A program made the translations under genes and the position numbers. A stretch of DNA of 64,000 bases, taken from positions 23,002,001-23,066,000 of the forward strand of contig NC_043007.1 of the NCBI RefSeq assembly GCF_006345805.1. Reading direction: 5' to 3'. This DNA comes from Octopus sinensis. Taxonomy: Eukaryota. Below are positions 1 through 12,092 of this stretch, piece after piece; within the stretch, counting starts at the first letter, position 1, and every line of letters starts with the position of its first letter. The notes beneath the pieces were generated by a model. The model did no database searches. It was not told the DNA's origin and saw only the letters and a program-made list of their open reading frames with translations.

Positions 1-1059
1 GGAAGCTTTTTCTCTCATTTGATACATGAGAAAATATTAATTTCTGAATTTGCTATCATCATCATAATCATCATTTAATGTCTATTTTCCAAGCTGCTAT
101 GGGTTGAATGGCTTGACAGAAGCTGGTAAGGGCAGGGGCTACACCAGGCTCAATTGTCTGTTCTGGCATGGTTTTTATGGTTGGATGCCCTTCCTAACAC
201 CAACCACTTTACAGGGTGTACTGGGTGCTTTTTATGAAGCACCGGTACCACTACTTTTTACATGGCACCAATGCTTTTTACATAGTACCATCCCTGGTGC
301 TTTTAATGTGGCACTAGTATCAATTCTGCTGTGGTAGATGGGCCTTCTTGAGTACAGCAAAACGCCAGATGTCTTGATCTTTTGCTTTATAAAGAAAAAT
401 TATAACCTATGTTCATGCACGCACACATACACACACACAGAGCTTCCGCAACACATGGCTTTGTGAAGTGCTGCTGTATATACATAACCACAAATATATT
501 CATCATATAAGCAATGTTCATTGGGTATTACTACACAAAATTTCTGTTGTGCAACAAGTACACAGCAATACGCCTGTAATCGGACATGCTACAGGCATCA
601 TTCAATGATTAGATAATCTTATAACCAGCTGGGAATATATGATGTAGTTGATGGATGTGAGGGGAATTGGGGGTGGATGAATGGAAATTATGTTCCATAT
701 TTGGAAATTGCACTATCAATAGTAAGGTCAATATCCTCATCATTATTGCCACTATCATTACATTTATGGTTTTTTTTTATCGGCATCATAATCACCATTA
801 GTGGACAAACAGCATTCATCAATAAATCATTATGCCAGACAGCCACACCGCTCCAGCATCGAATACTGTGTGTATGACAGATTCTATATGATGGAAGTAC
901 TAACATTGTTTTAACTGATCCACAGACTTATAATAAAGTCTATTAAACATTTTGTTACTAACCCACCTGAGAATGTTCTTTGGATCATGCAGACTTCTTG
1001 TTTTTAAGTGATCGAAATTTAAACATTCCATCTAGATTTCCTGTTAATTTATGTTCCAA

Positions 1060-1165
1060 GTGAGGTATACTTGCCATCTCAATATGGCTAACCACTAAGG
1101 GCTACAAGCTACAGTAACACCCACCATTAGTGGTTAGCCGTATTGAGATGGCTAGTATACCTCAC
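1060..1165. repeat. Near-perfect ~105-bp palindrome
   Basis: GTGAGGTATACTTGCCATCTCAATATGGCTAACCACTAA ... TTAGTGGTTAGCCGTATTGAGATGGCTAGTATACCTCAC. Confidence 0.9.
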
Positions 1166-2077
1166 ATTGCCGTGCAGTTACTGTTTACACCTCGTTCAGA
1201 GATTTATTATTGTTATGTTCCAAGTATCAGCTTAATAACGACAAAGTTGTTTTAAATTCTTTAATCATTTTCAAAAATTGAAACAAAGACGGTATATTAC
1301 CACAAAAACATGATAGCAAAAGGATTTAAATAGAGCTGATGAAGCGTGTTCAACAACATTGATTTTATTATTACCACCTCTACCACCACCACCATCACCA
1401 CCATCCTTGTCTTGCTTTCTTAGTTATTAGGAATGTTTTTAACTGGTGTGCCCTCACAGGGTCTACTACTTACAGTAGATCAACACCCTATGTAGAGTTA
1501 AATTATCTTTCATTTACTTATTGCTTTAGGAAAGAGGGGTTGAATGCTGGGTCTTTGGATTCTTAGGATTTAGTAAATTTTAGCTGTTTTTTTTTATATA
1601 TTTAGTTAATGTTAAGGATGGAAAAGTCTTATTGTTGTTGGTTATGCTAATTTTATTGATTTTTTTTTAGCAATTTAGTTCTCGTTTCTATTAGCATGAG
1701 AAGAAAATAGTTTCAATTACTAACAGGGATGAGACTTTTAAGAAACATGTTTGTTGTTTAGACCCAGGTTAGCTTTGACGAAAGATGTTCCAATCATGAC
1801 CATCCCATTTGTTATTTAAACGACTCCAATGAAAATCTCTCATATAGGCAAATCATTGACAACACTTAATTTGGTTCCATTGAATATTCTGAGGTTCTTC
1901 AAGACAACTTATGCTTCTTGATGACATCAAGCCCTAACCCTAACACTAACCCTTCAATCAGAGCAGTGACAATACATTGCAACTATGAGTTCTATTTCAT
2001 ATTTTTTAACTTCTTGAGAAGCCTTTTTTGGAAAGAAATAACCTTCTAATCTGATGTTCTTTTAACTCACTGTGTTT

Positions 2078-2306
2078 TTAACCCTTTTGTTACTGTATTT
2101 ATTTTGAGATGCTCTGTGTTTCTTTTAATTATTTTACATATAATAAAGAATTTAATAAAATAACTTAGTTATCATTAAGCTAGTGTTAGGAACATAAATT
2201 GTGACTAAGGTTTGGTGGAAGATTTTAATTCAGAACTTTTGAAAATAAGACATTTGTACTATAGAGCCAGAGCCGGTTTCAGCCGGGTTGGTAATGAAAG
2301 GGTTAA
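2078..2306. mobile_element. ~225-bp piggyBac-like MITE (TTAA target). Other copies: 2775-3004, 5090-5318, 5367-5595, 5806-6035, 25599-25810, ~45655-45844, 51078-51306
   Basis: TTAA|CCCTTT(C/T)GTTAC ... GTAA(C/T)GAAAGGG|TTAA termini; near-identical internal sequence among copies. Confidence 0.85.
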
Positions 2307-3784
2307 TGGAAAATAAATTTTTCTTACATTCTGCACATTGCTATTTGTATTTTATTCAGCCAAAGTTATTCTCTTTCTCACTTGAAAACTCATAAGCTTT
2401 TCAATTTGGCCTTTTCAAATTTTTCGTAGTGTGTTGGATGTAATAATGTGACTGTGAGAGAAATATTATTTGCTGTTGAAGTTTATATGTACATTGAACT
2501 TAACTTTATAAAGTGCCTGTTGATGGGCTGGTCACTCAACAAGCAACACTGCCCTGGCAATAGTGTATTGCATGCATGGCTGTGAAAAGTAATAACAGAA
2601 TATGCAACTGACCATGGTAAAAGTTTGCTTAAAAAACTAACAAGACCCAGTATAATGTATTTTTATGTAAGGTCTATATGATTGCAGTACAACTGCTGCA
2701 AAAATTGAATTCAATAACAAAGGGTTAAGATAAAATAACACAACTATAGGCCAGAAAATAATCTTAAACATTCATTAACTCTTTCGTTACTGTATTTATT
2801 TTGAGATGCTCTGTGTTTCTTTCAATTAATTTTAAATATAACAAAGAATTTAGTAAAATAACTTAGTTATGATTAAGCTAGTGTGAGGAATGTAAATTGT
2901 GACTAAGGTTTGGTGGTAGATTCTAATTCAAAACTTATGAAAACAAGACATTTGTACTACAGAGCCAGAGCCAGTTTCAGGCGGGTTGGTAACAAAAGGG
3001 TTAATATAATTACTATTTATTTTCTCCTATAGTTCTACCTATAATTATGTTAGCTTAATTTTCTTTTTATGGAAGAACTCTCCAGGAAAGTGGGGAGATG
3101 GTTGTTATTGTCCAGGTAACACCAAGTGTAATATATTTTCATGCATTTAGTCATTAAAATTTGAGGTTAAGACCAAATTAAATACTAAGTTGTTGCTTCC
3201 ATACTGAATTATTTTTTAAAACCAAATAGTTGGTTCAAATTTTACTTCATTTTTATATTGGATTTGCAAATTGCTGACGTGAAAGTTGCAAACAGCCACA
3301 AAAGAACTTTAACAAATAACTGATTGATTAACTTGCACATTAAACAAACGATCAGTTAGTTGGTTTGATAATTAATTAATAATAAAGAAGTAGAGTTGAA
3401 TCTGTGTATGTGTTGTTATTGGCATAATGACTCTCCCAAAACACAACAAAATTTATTCAAATTTACCCAGATGTAAAGTCTCAAATGCAACCCACAAGCA
3501 GGGTTGCCATTTTGTCCTTTTTAACTTCAGATTATCAAACTTAATTGAGCAAAACTATGGTCCAAAATATTTCTACTATGATCATCATATCTTTTTCCAG
3601 ACATGTGCATAACAAAAGTGCCTTTTTAAGATCTTTTTAATGCAGAGTGTAATTTGAGGGAAATTTGGCTGCTGTTTTTAGGGGGTTGTATAATCACATA
3701 GAAACTTCCCTATTGGGCTTACTCATTTAGTGCTATTGTGGGGCAGTGTTCAGCTGTGACAAGGAGCAGTGTATTGCGGATTCA

Positions 3785-4176
3785 TCTCTCTATATATAAA
3801 GCTGAAGTTGTCTGTGTATGGCAGGTTTGGTAGCCTTCAACTAACACTATCTCCTCCGAGACCCTGCGATGCAAGTTGACCTAAATTGAGATTATGATAG
3901 AAGAAGGCTTGCTCTTCCTTCCGTAGAAGAAAAAATTCAAATCGGATCATGTTAACACCAAAAATTTTTTACATCAAAAAGGTGCTTTTTTTCTATGAAA
4001 ATCCCTATTTTTTATGATTTTTTTACTGCTGTGTCGTAATTTTTCGGTGTATTTCAACTAGAAAAATGTTCACGTAAAGAGAATAACAAGCTACATAATG
4101 CAAAGTTTTTACTTTTCAAAAATTCCAGTTCTAAAGGGTCGAAACAAACCCGAGCAACGCCGGGCGATACTGCCAG
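3785..4176 (+). mobile_element. Non-autonomous Helitron-like element
   Basis: 5' A|TC...TATATATAAAGC start, subterminal hairpin CCCGAGCAACGCCGGG, then CCAG|T (degenerate CTAG). Confidence 0.7.
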
Positions 4177-4635
4177 TAATATGATAAAAGTCCGTTCATG
4201 TATTCAGCCGATCACCATGGCAATATTTGTATCTTAACTGTATTTAGTATTTATGCATCGTTAATTTCCCACTATTGAAGACATTTTTTTCTGTATTGAA
4301 GTCTTTATTTTTATTTGTCATTCTTTCACCTGGGACAGTGTTCCACTTGGCTGTATTTTGCTTGTGTAAATAGCAAAAGCATTTGTATGACCATGGTAAT
4401 CCACTGAAGCGAAAGAATATTTTTAATCTGTGCATATATATATGTTTTGTGCTGAGTATGCAACATATGTTCTGTGTCTACAAACTGTGTTTAGTTGTAG
4501 AATAAGTTTGCCTTAAAACCTGCTACTTACACATAGTTGTACAGTAGGGAAGAGATATTATATATGTTTTAGGTTACAGTCCCACCTTATTTACTTACTA
4601 TGAGTGATAGATATAGTTTCTTGATGATAGGAGAT

Positions 4636-5000
4636 GTCATCATCATCATCATCATCTTTGTTTAACGTCTGCTTTGCATGCTAGCATGGGTTGGACGATT
4701 TGACTGAGGACTGGCGAACCAGATGGCTGCACCAGACTCCAACCTGATCTGGCAGAGTTTCTACAGCTGGATGCCCTTCCTAATGCCAACCACTCTGAGA
4801 GTGTCGTGAGTGCTTTTATGTGCCACTGGCACGAGGGCCAGTCAGGCGGTACTGGCAGCAGCCACACTCAAATGGTGCTTTTTATGTGCTACCTGCACAG
4901 GAGCCAGTCCAGTGGCACTGGCAACAACCTCGCTTGAATGTTTTTTTTCGTGTGCTACCAGCACAAGTGCCAGTGAGGCGACGCAGGTAACGATCACATC
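4636..5000 (-). mobile_element. SINE/non-autonomous retroelement with RTE-like (GAT)n tail. Other copies ~55-310, 35790-36150, 40060-40385, 45208-45650, 47618-48090, 49090-49520, 55000-55290, 57700-57945
   Basis: (CAT)n TTTAACGTC(C/T)GCTTT(C/G)CATGCTAGCATGGGTTGG conserved end with internal GTGCCA..GGCAC repeats. Confidence 0.75.
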
Positions 5001-6281
5001 CATCCTTTTTTTTAATAGACAGTTTATCTAGGACTACACTGTCTATAACAGTGATGATAGGGTGTAATTTGGAAGACTTGCCTTCTATTTTAACCCTTTT
5101 GATACCAACCTACCTGAAGCTTCTCTGGCTTAGGAGTACAAATGTCTTGTTTTCAGAAGTTCCTAATTAAAATCTTCCACCAAGCCCTAGTTACAATTTA
5201 TCTTCCTAACACTAGCTGAATGATAACGAAGTTATTTTACTAAATTCTTTGTTATATTTAAAATTAATTGAAAGAAACACAGAGCATCTCAACAGAAATA
5301 TGGGAACAAAAGGGTTAAAAGCACTCATGCTGGTGCCATGTAGAAAGCAGTAGTGATGGCGTCACATTAACCCTTTTGATATCAACCCACCTGAAACCAC
5401 TTCTGGCTCTGTAGTACAAATGTCTTGTTCTCATAAGTTTTGAATCAAAATCTTCCACCAAACCTTAGTCACAATTTATGTTCCTAACACTAGCTTAATG
5501 ATAACTAAGTTATTTTACTAAATTCTTTGTTATATTTAAAGTAATTGAAAGAAACACAGAGCATCTTCAAATAAATATGGTAACGAAAGGGTCAATCATC
5601 CCTTTGAGAGTTGTCAGGAACTGTTGACCAGCAAGAGCTAAAACCATACGCTGCTGGAAATCCTTATCCATTCTTTGGCTTCCAAAAGCTTCAGCTCACC
5701 TTAAGATTTTCTGTTGGAGCAGGGAAATATTATTACAGATACTCAGTTTATTAAAAGTAGGGGTTCCTTTTTATTTTTATTTAATTTATATTTTATTCTA
5801 GTTATTTAACCGTTTTGTTACCAACCCAGCTGAAACCGCCTCTTGCTCTGTAGTAGAAATGTCTTGTTTTCAAAAGTTTTGAATCAAAATCTTCCACCAA
5901 ACCTTAGTCACAATTTATGTTCCTAACACTAGCTTAATGACAACTAAGTTATTTTACTAAGTTCTTTGTTATATTTTAAATTAATTGAAAGAAACACAGA
6001 GCATCTCAACAGAAATATGGGAACAAAAGGGTTAAGTATTTGGGGAGATACTACATAGAGGCTGATTGCTGACCCAGTTTTTCTTAAAAGTGTTTTGCCA
6101 TTAACCCTTCAGTTAATCTATTTGTTGAAATGTATTCTCCTTGTTTTAATCAATTTTAAAAGCAACGACAAATTTAGTGAAATAATTAAGTTAATTATTT
6201 GAGACATAAGGTTTTAATTTAGATCTCTTTTAAGTAGGGAAATTGTATCAGAAAATCACAGATGTTCTCAGGCTGTGTATA

Positions 6282-6697
6282 GGCGGCGAGCTGGCAGAAT
6301 CGTTAGCACGCCGGTCGAAATGCTTAGCTGTATTTCGTCTGCCGTTACATTCTGAGTTCAAATTCCGCCAAGGTCAACTTTGTTTTTCATCCTTTCAGGG
6401 TCGATTAATTAAGTACCAGTTATGCACTGGGGTCGATGTAATCGACTTAATTCCTATGTCTGTTCTTGTTTTTCCCCTCTTTCTTTAGCCCCTTGTGTGT
6501 AGTAAAGAAATAGGTATTTCATCTGCTGCTACGTTCTGAGTTCAAATTCCGCCGAGGTCGACTTTGCCTTTCATCCTTTTGGGGGTCGATAAATTAAGTA
6601 CCAGTTACGCACTGGGGTCGATATAATCGACCTAATCCGTTTGTCTGTCCTTGTTTGTCCTCTCTGTGTGTAGCCCCTTGTGGGTAGTAAAGAAATA
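6282..6697 (+). mobile_element. tRNA-derived SINE with Meta-domain-like core, dimeric. Other copies 15078-15480, 16822-17027, 34612-34800, 42328-42560, 46488-46883(-), 49885-50375(-), 51015-51470(-), 52194-52426, 63376-63605(-)
   Basis: GGCGGCGAGCTGGCAGAA head, B-box GAGTTCAAATTCC, core (GCC)TTTCATCCTTT..GGGTCGAT..ATTAAGTACCAG. Confidence 0.85.
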
Positions 6698-6992
6698 GGT
6701 ATGTGTGTCTGCGGAATACTCAGTGACTTGCACATTAATTTCAAGATCAGGCTTTTTCCATTCACTGGCTCTACTGGAACACACTTTGTTGTAACTGATG
6801 GAGTGCCAGGTTGCACACAGTGTCATTGACCAAGTGAAGAGGTAGACTTCTATCAGTCCAAGAGAAAATGACCTCATTTCATGACTCCTTGTTGGTGGTG
6901 TTTCACTTAACATTATTAATACTTTTAAGAAAGATCTAAGCATTGTGTATCCCCATTTTACTTGTATATATTTCTCACACTATATTTAATGT

Positions 6993-7296
6993 GTGGAGGC
7001 GCAATGGCCCAGTAGTTAGGGCAGCGGACTCGCGGTCGTAGGATCGCGGTTTCGATTCCCTGACCGGCCGTTATGAGTGTTTATTGAGTGAAAACACCTA
7101 AAAGCTCCATGGGGCTCCAGCAGGGGGTGGTGGCGATCCCTACTGTACTCTTTTGCCACAACTTTCTCTCTCTCTTTCTTCTGTTGGCCTGCTCGCTTAG
7201 CCAGTGGGGTGGCGTCATTTGAAGGCTAAAACAATGTGAAGTGCATTGTAACCAGTGATGTGTAGCAAAATCTGATAGCCTGGTCGGTCACGGTGA
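6993..7296 (+). mobile_element. tRNA(Arg)-derived SINE (probably the octopus OR type). Other copies 12502-12810, 22669-22980, 25046-25401(-), 33681-33985(-), 41707-41998
   Basis: GGAGGCGCAATGGCCCAGT.GTTAGGGCAGCGGACTCGCGG...GGTTTCGATTCCC head with A/B boxes followed by a shared non-tRNA body. Confidence 0.85.
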
Positions 7297-7809
7297 TATC
7301 TAATGTATGAAATATTAATATTACTCAGTTATGATGACACATTTTAGACAAGTTTGCTATTTGTATGATTGCATAAGGACTTAACTTTGTTTGTGTTAGT
7401 TTACCTAACATTGCTTCTAAAGTGTTTGAGGAATGCTGTGCATGTTTAGACATATTGAGAAATTTATATTTAAACATATTGTTTATATAAATAACATAAC
7501 TTGACTATACCAGGTTACCAATAAAAGGTACATATAAATTGGATTTAATGTCTGATTGCCATGCTGTAAAAATCATGCCGGAACTAACCTCACCTGTGTC
7601 AGTGCCACGTAAAAAGCACTGAATCCACTCTGCAGAGTGTAAAAGTCATGTCAAACAGATAATAGCTTAGGGCAGTGTTCTATTTGGCTCAGCTGGCGCC
7701 TGTTAACTGTCTTACCCATGCATGCATGAAAGATGGACGTTAAATGATGATGATGATGCTGATGATATATATATATGTATATATTTGTATTTATGTGCTA
7801 TCTGAGTAT

Positions 7810-7868
7810 ATTCCACTGAAGAAGGCAGAGTATCTCTTATGCAAAGCCAGAAATCCAGGATCTGGAAT
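7810..7868 (+). ncRNA. Type I hammerhead ribozyme-like motif (Penelope-associated type)
   Basis: Stem I AUUCCA/UGGAAU, core CUGAAGA, stem II GGC/GCC, GAAA, stem III AUC/GAU, cleavage triplet AUC; A.A mismatch at 10.1/11.1. Confidence 0.6.
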
Positions 7869-9371
7869 TATCCAGTAAAATTGTTTTGCTAGTCTATTTT
7901 GTCTCTCTCTCTCTCTACTCTCCTAGTGCTATATGAACATTTAATGTGGCTTTAGGGTCAGGTTTTGACTGCTATTTCAGCGTGGTGGTATCTCTCAGAT
8001 ACCCTAATTTATAATTTTATATATATATATATATATGTACATATGTGGCTGTGTAACCAAGAAGCTAACTTCCCAGCCATGTGATCTTGGGTTCCGTGTT
8101 GCTGTGTAGTATTCTGCGCAAGTTTCTTCTACCATAATCCCTTAAGTCAACCAAAACCTTGTATAATATACATGTACATCTGTGTGTTTGTGTGTATTCT
8201 TGTCTTGAATACTCTACATAGGGTGTTGATCTACTGTAAGTAGTAGACCCTGAGAGCACACCAGTTACAAACATTCCTAATAACTAAGAAACCAAGGCAA
8301 GTATGGTTGTAGTGGTGATGTTGGTGGTGGTAGAGGTGGTAATAATAAAATCAATGTTGTTGAACATGCTTCATCAGCTCTATTTAAATCCTTTTGCTAC
8401 CATGTTTTTTGTGGTAATATACTGCCTTTGTTTCAATTTTTGAAAATGATTAAAGAATTTAAAACAACTTTGTCATTATTAAGCTGATGCTTGGAACATA
8501 ACAATAATAAATCTCTGAACGAGGTGTAAACAGTAACTGCACGACAATGTGAGGTATACTAGCCATCTCAATATGGCTAACCACTAAGGGTGGGTGTTAC
8601 TGTAGCTTGTAGCCCTTAGTGGTTAGCCATATTGTAACTTATCTGTTTGGTCATGAGGAAATATCACCCTACTTAGAAATGGGCATAGGTTGATGACAGG
8701 AAGTGCACCCAATCATAGAAAATAATGATAATCCTTTCTACTATAGGTACAAGGCCAGAAATGTTGGGGGAGGGGACTAGTTAATTACTAGTATTCAACT
8801 GGTATTATTTTATCAACCCCAAAAGGATGAAAGGCAACAAATTCCATCTGACCTATGCAAGCATGGAATAGTGGACATCAAATGATGATGATGGTTTAAC
8901 CCTCAAGCCATATCGAGCCCAAATTTTCTACTTGTTTTACATTCAAACTGGCCACATCCAGCTTCTCACCCCTACCCTACAACCTCATTCTAAAAATAAA
9001 CAATCACACCATTGAACTCTCAAAGCTAAGAGACAATGCATGATTAATTAAAAACAATGTGAATAAATAGGCATTACATTTGACAGGGTAATCCCGAGTG
9101 CTGAAGAGGGAAAAACAAAACTCCTGATATCATTTTCAGCCTTTGGTGATTTATAGTCATTTTGTTTATTTTACAGGATTTTTCAGTAGATAAGAAATCT
9201 GTATAACTTAAATAATTGTGTGTGTGTGTTGCATTCATGTTTGACCTGCCTTTGCCATTCAACAACTGTATGTAGCACTTTACTCACAAGCTATAACAGG
9301 TACTGCAGGTATAAGTGTCAGTACCCTGGAAAATGTCATCAGCATGGTGTAACTCAGTACTCTGCAACCAG

Positions 9372-10115
9372 TATAATAATAATAATAATAATAGTAATAA
9401 TGAAATTATTGTATACAGTGCTCAGGCGCACCACAACTTGTTAAAAGTGTGTATAAAGTATATGCAGTAATGTACAAATGTCTGGGAAGTGAAGAGTGTA
9501 TGAGTCAGATACATGCTTGTGTGTGTATGGAGGGGAAAAAATCAGGTGTAGTGTTGGTGAATCTCAGGAAGCATGGGAGCTTTGAAGGATGTAGAGCTCC
9601 GACAACTAACAACTGATGCCGGCAGTTTGTTCCATACTTCAGCAACTCTTAGCTTGAAAAAAATGTTTCTGAAAGTCATGGGAGCTGTGCTGTTTTCTGA
9701 CTTTGTAAACATGTCAGGTTAGACAGGTGGAGTTTGAAAAGGTGCTCAGAGTTATTGTTGGTAAGATGGTTAATAATTTTATGGGTGTCTGCCAAATCAG
9801 CTGCCAGATGTTGGAGTTTCAATGTATTCATGCCCAAGGAAGTAAGGCATTCAGAATATGGCAAATGCCTGATGGAGGGTATTCTCTTGGTTGCACGTCG
9901 CTGAATGGTTTCCAGACGATTAATATCCTGGGCAAGATAGGGTTTCCAGACCGCTGATGCAAATTCCAGGTGAGGTCGCACCATAGCTATATAAAGCCTC
10001 AGATAGATAGCCGGAGAGCGACTCACAGAGGACTTGGTGAGTGATGCCAAGACACCCTCAGCCTTCTTGGCAATTTTTGCCATGAGACGATGCGAGGTGT
10101 TCCACAGTATCCTTA
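9372..10115 (-). mobile_element. 5'-truncated CR1/L2-group LINE (RT C-terminal fragment plus 3' UTR)
   Basis: ORF 9676..10146(-) LYIAMVRPHLEFASAVW.P...DINRLETIQRRATK, typical of CR1-group ORF2; (ATT)n tail. Confidence 0.88.
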
Positions 10116-11682
10116 ATATAATTTTTAGTTCATGTGTGCTGTCCAACTTTGCAAAGAATATAAGCGTATCGCAAGTGAAAAAACGGTGGAAAACTGGTAT
10201 AACTAAAGTTTCTCAGTGTTACAGTTTTGTTTTTAAAAACTGTTTTATCATTCTGATACGTATATATTTTAATACATTTGCCGTACTTATTTATAGTTCT
10301 TTAAGTATTAGTGGCATTTCGTATGTCTCTGTGTTCTGGGTTCAAATTCCATTAAAGTCGACTTTGCCTTTCATCCTTTTGGGGTTGATAAAATAAATAC
10401 CAGTTGAATACTGGGGTTGATGTAATTAACTAGTCCCCTTCCCCTAACATTTCTGGCCTTGTGTCTATAGTAGAAACTTTTATTATTATTCGTAGTATCA
10501 GCAGCAACTTCTGTCACTAATCAGACATACTCATGATGTTTCTTATTTTAAGTAACTTTTAAGGACGGTATATAGACCTCCTTGACTCAAGTTAGAGAAG
10601 GGGCGCATATTATACACAAGGTTTAGGTTTTTCAGAGGTATAGACCCCTAAAAATCCCCTGTGTATTATACTCAAGAGTGGACTATACTCGAGGATTTAC
10701 GGTATAAATGTTTTTAAAAGTTATTTTGTTACAGTTTGTTTGACCTTCAAAGTGAAGAAATGTTCCAATATTTTTATATACATTTCATAATAAATGTCAG
10801 AATACACTGCATATGTTCTAATATTTTCACACGATCATAACTGCTTAATTTGTTCTTTTTGTAGTTGCTTACACCTTCTGTATGGCCATTGTTTGGCCCC
10901 AGGTCAACCTTACTTCAATCTGACCTATGATAAATGTGTGCTTTAGTCATGACCAATTCTGTCTTGTATATCTCAAGATGTAGTTTATTAAAGACTTTGA
11001 AGAAGATTTGCCTGCTGTTTCTAGCAATTGAACAACCATGTAGAGAGTTCTTCACTGTCTCATCTGCCTTCTCTTTACTACTGTGTAGAGAAGACAAGAA
11101 TATTTTATCAGACTGGCCATTATCGTGGAACTGTGAGTTATCACTGCAAAAGACAATCAAGTTTGATGAAGGCTATGCTTTGCTGATAGGCTCAGAATAA
11201 GACCGAAACATGTTTGAAGATGTCTTTGATACTTGTAGACAAAAAAAAATATTAAATAGGCACAAGTATGGCTGTGTGGCAAGGAGTTTGCTTCCCAACC
11301 ACATTGTTCTGGGTTCAGCCCCACTATGTGGTACCTTGGGCAAGTGTCGTATACTGTAGCCTCGGGCCAACTAAAGTCTTGTGAGTGGATTTGGTAATTG
11401 GAAACTGAAAGAAGCCCATTTTAATGTATATATATATATCCATTTATATATGTGTGTTTTTGTGTCTGTTTGTTCCCCATCACCACTTGACAACTGGTGT
11501 TGGTGTGTTTATGTCCCTGTAACTTAGCAGTTCATCAAAAGAAACTGATAGAATAAGTATCAAGCTTAAAACGAAAATAAGTACTGGGGTTGATTCGACT
11601 AAAAAATTCTTCAAGGTGGTGCTCCAGCATGGCCACAGTCTAATGACTGAAACAAGTAAAAGGTAACAAAAAATAAAATACA

Positions 11683-12092
11683 GGCGCAGGAGTGGCTGTG
11701 TGGTAAGTAGCTTGCTAACCAACCACATGGTTCCGGGTTCAGTCCCACTGCGTGGCATCTTGGGCAAGTGTCTTCTGCTATAGCCCCGGGCCGACCAATG
11801 CCTTGTGAGTGGATTTGGTAGACGGAAACTGAAAGAAGCCCGTCGTATATATGTATATATATATATGTGTGTGTGTGTTTGTGTGTCTGTGTTTGTCCCC
11901 CTAGCATTGCTTGACAACCGAAGCTGGTGTGTTTACGTCCCCGTCACTTAGCGGTTCGGTAAAAAGAGACCGATAGAATAAATACTGGGCTTACAAAAGA
12001 ATAAGTCCTGGGGTCGAGTTGCTCGATTAAAGGCGGTGCTCCAGCTTGGCCGCAGTCAAATGACTGAAACAAGTAAAAGAGTAAAGAGAGAG
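11683..12092 (+). mobile_element. tRNA-derived SINE with CORE-like motif and central (TA)n(TG)n (probably the octopus OK type). Other copies 11259-11680, 13148-13540(-), 20614-21030(-), 27051-27428, 30905-31280, 43280-43700, 54150-54550(-), 60470-60889
   Basis: GGCGCAGGAGTGGCTGTGTGGTAAG...GGGTTCAGTCCC head, CTTGGGCAAGT motif, AAGTAAAAGAG tail; the 60470 copy has TSD GTATGATA. Confidence 0.88.

Noticed and set aside
1932-1953. Telomere-like CCCTAA repeats
   Set aside because: Only ~3 imperfect units; not an interstitial telomere array.
6993-7070. tRNA-like sequences (also at other SINE heads)
   Set aside because: They continue into shared SINE bodies and lack a proper acceptor stem; these are SINE heads, not tRNA genes.
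11089-11200. Exon-like frame EDKNILSDWPLSWNCELSLQKTIKFDEGYALLIGSE*
   Set aside because: No recognisable homology or partner exons; it overlaps a hammerhead-like motif that explains the sequence better.
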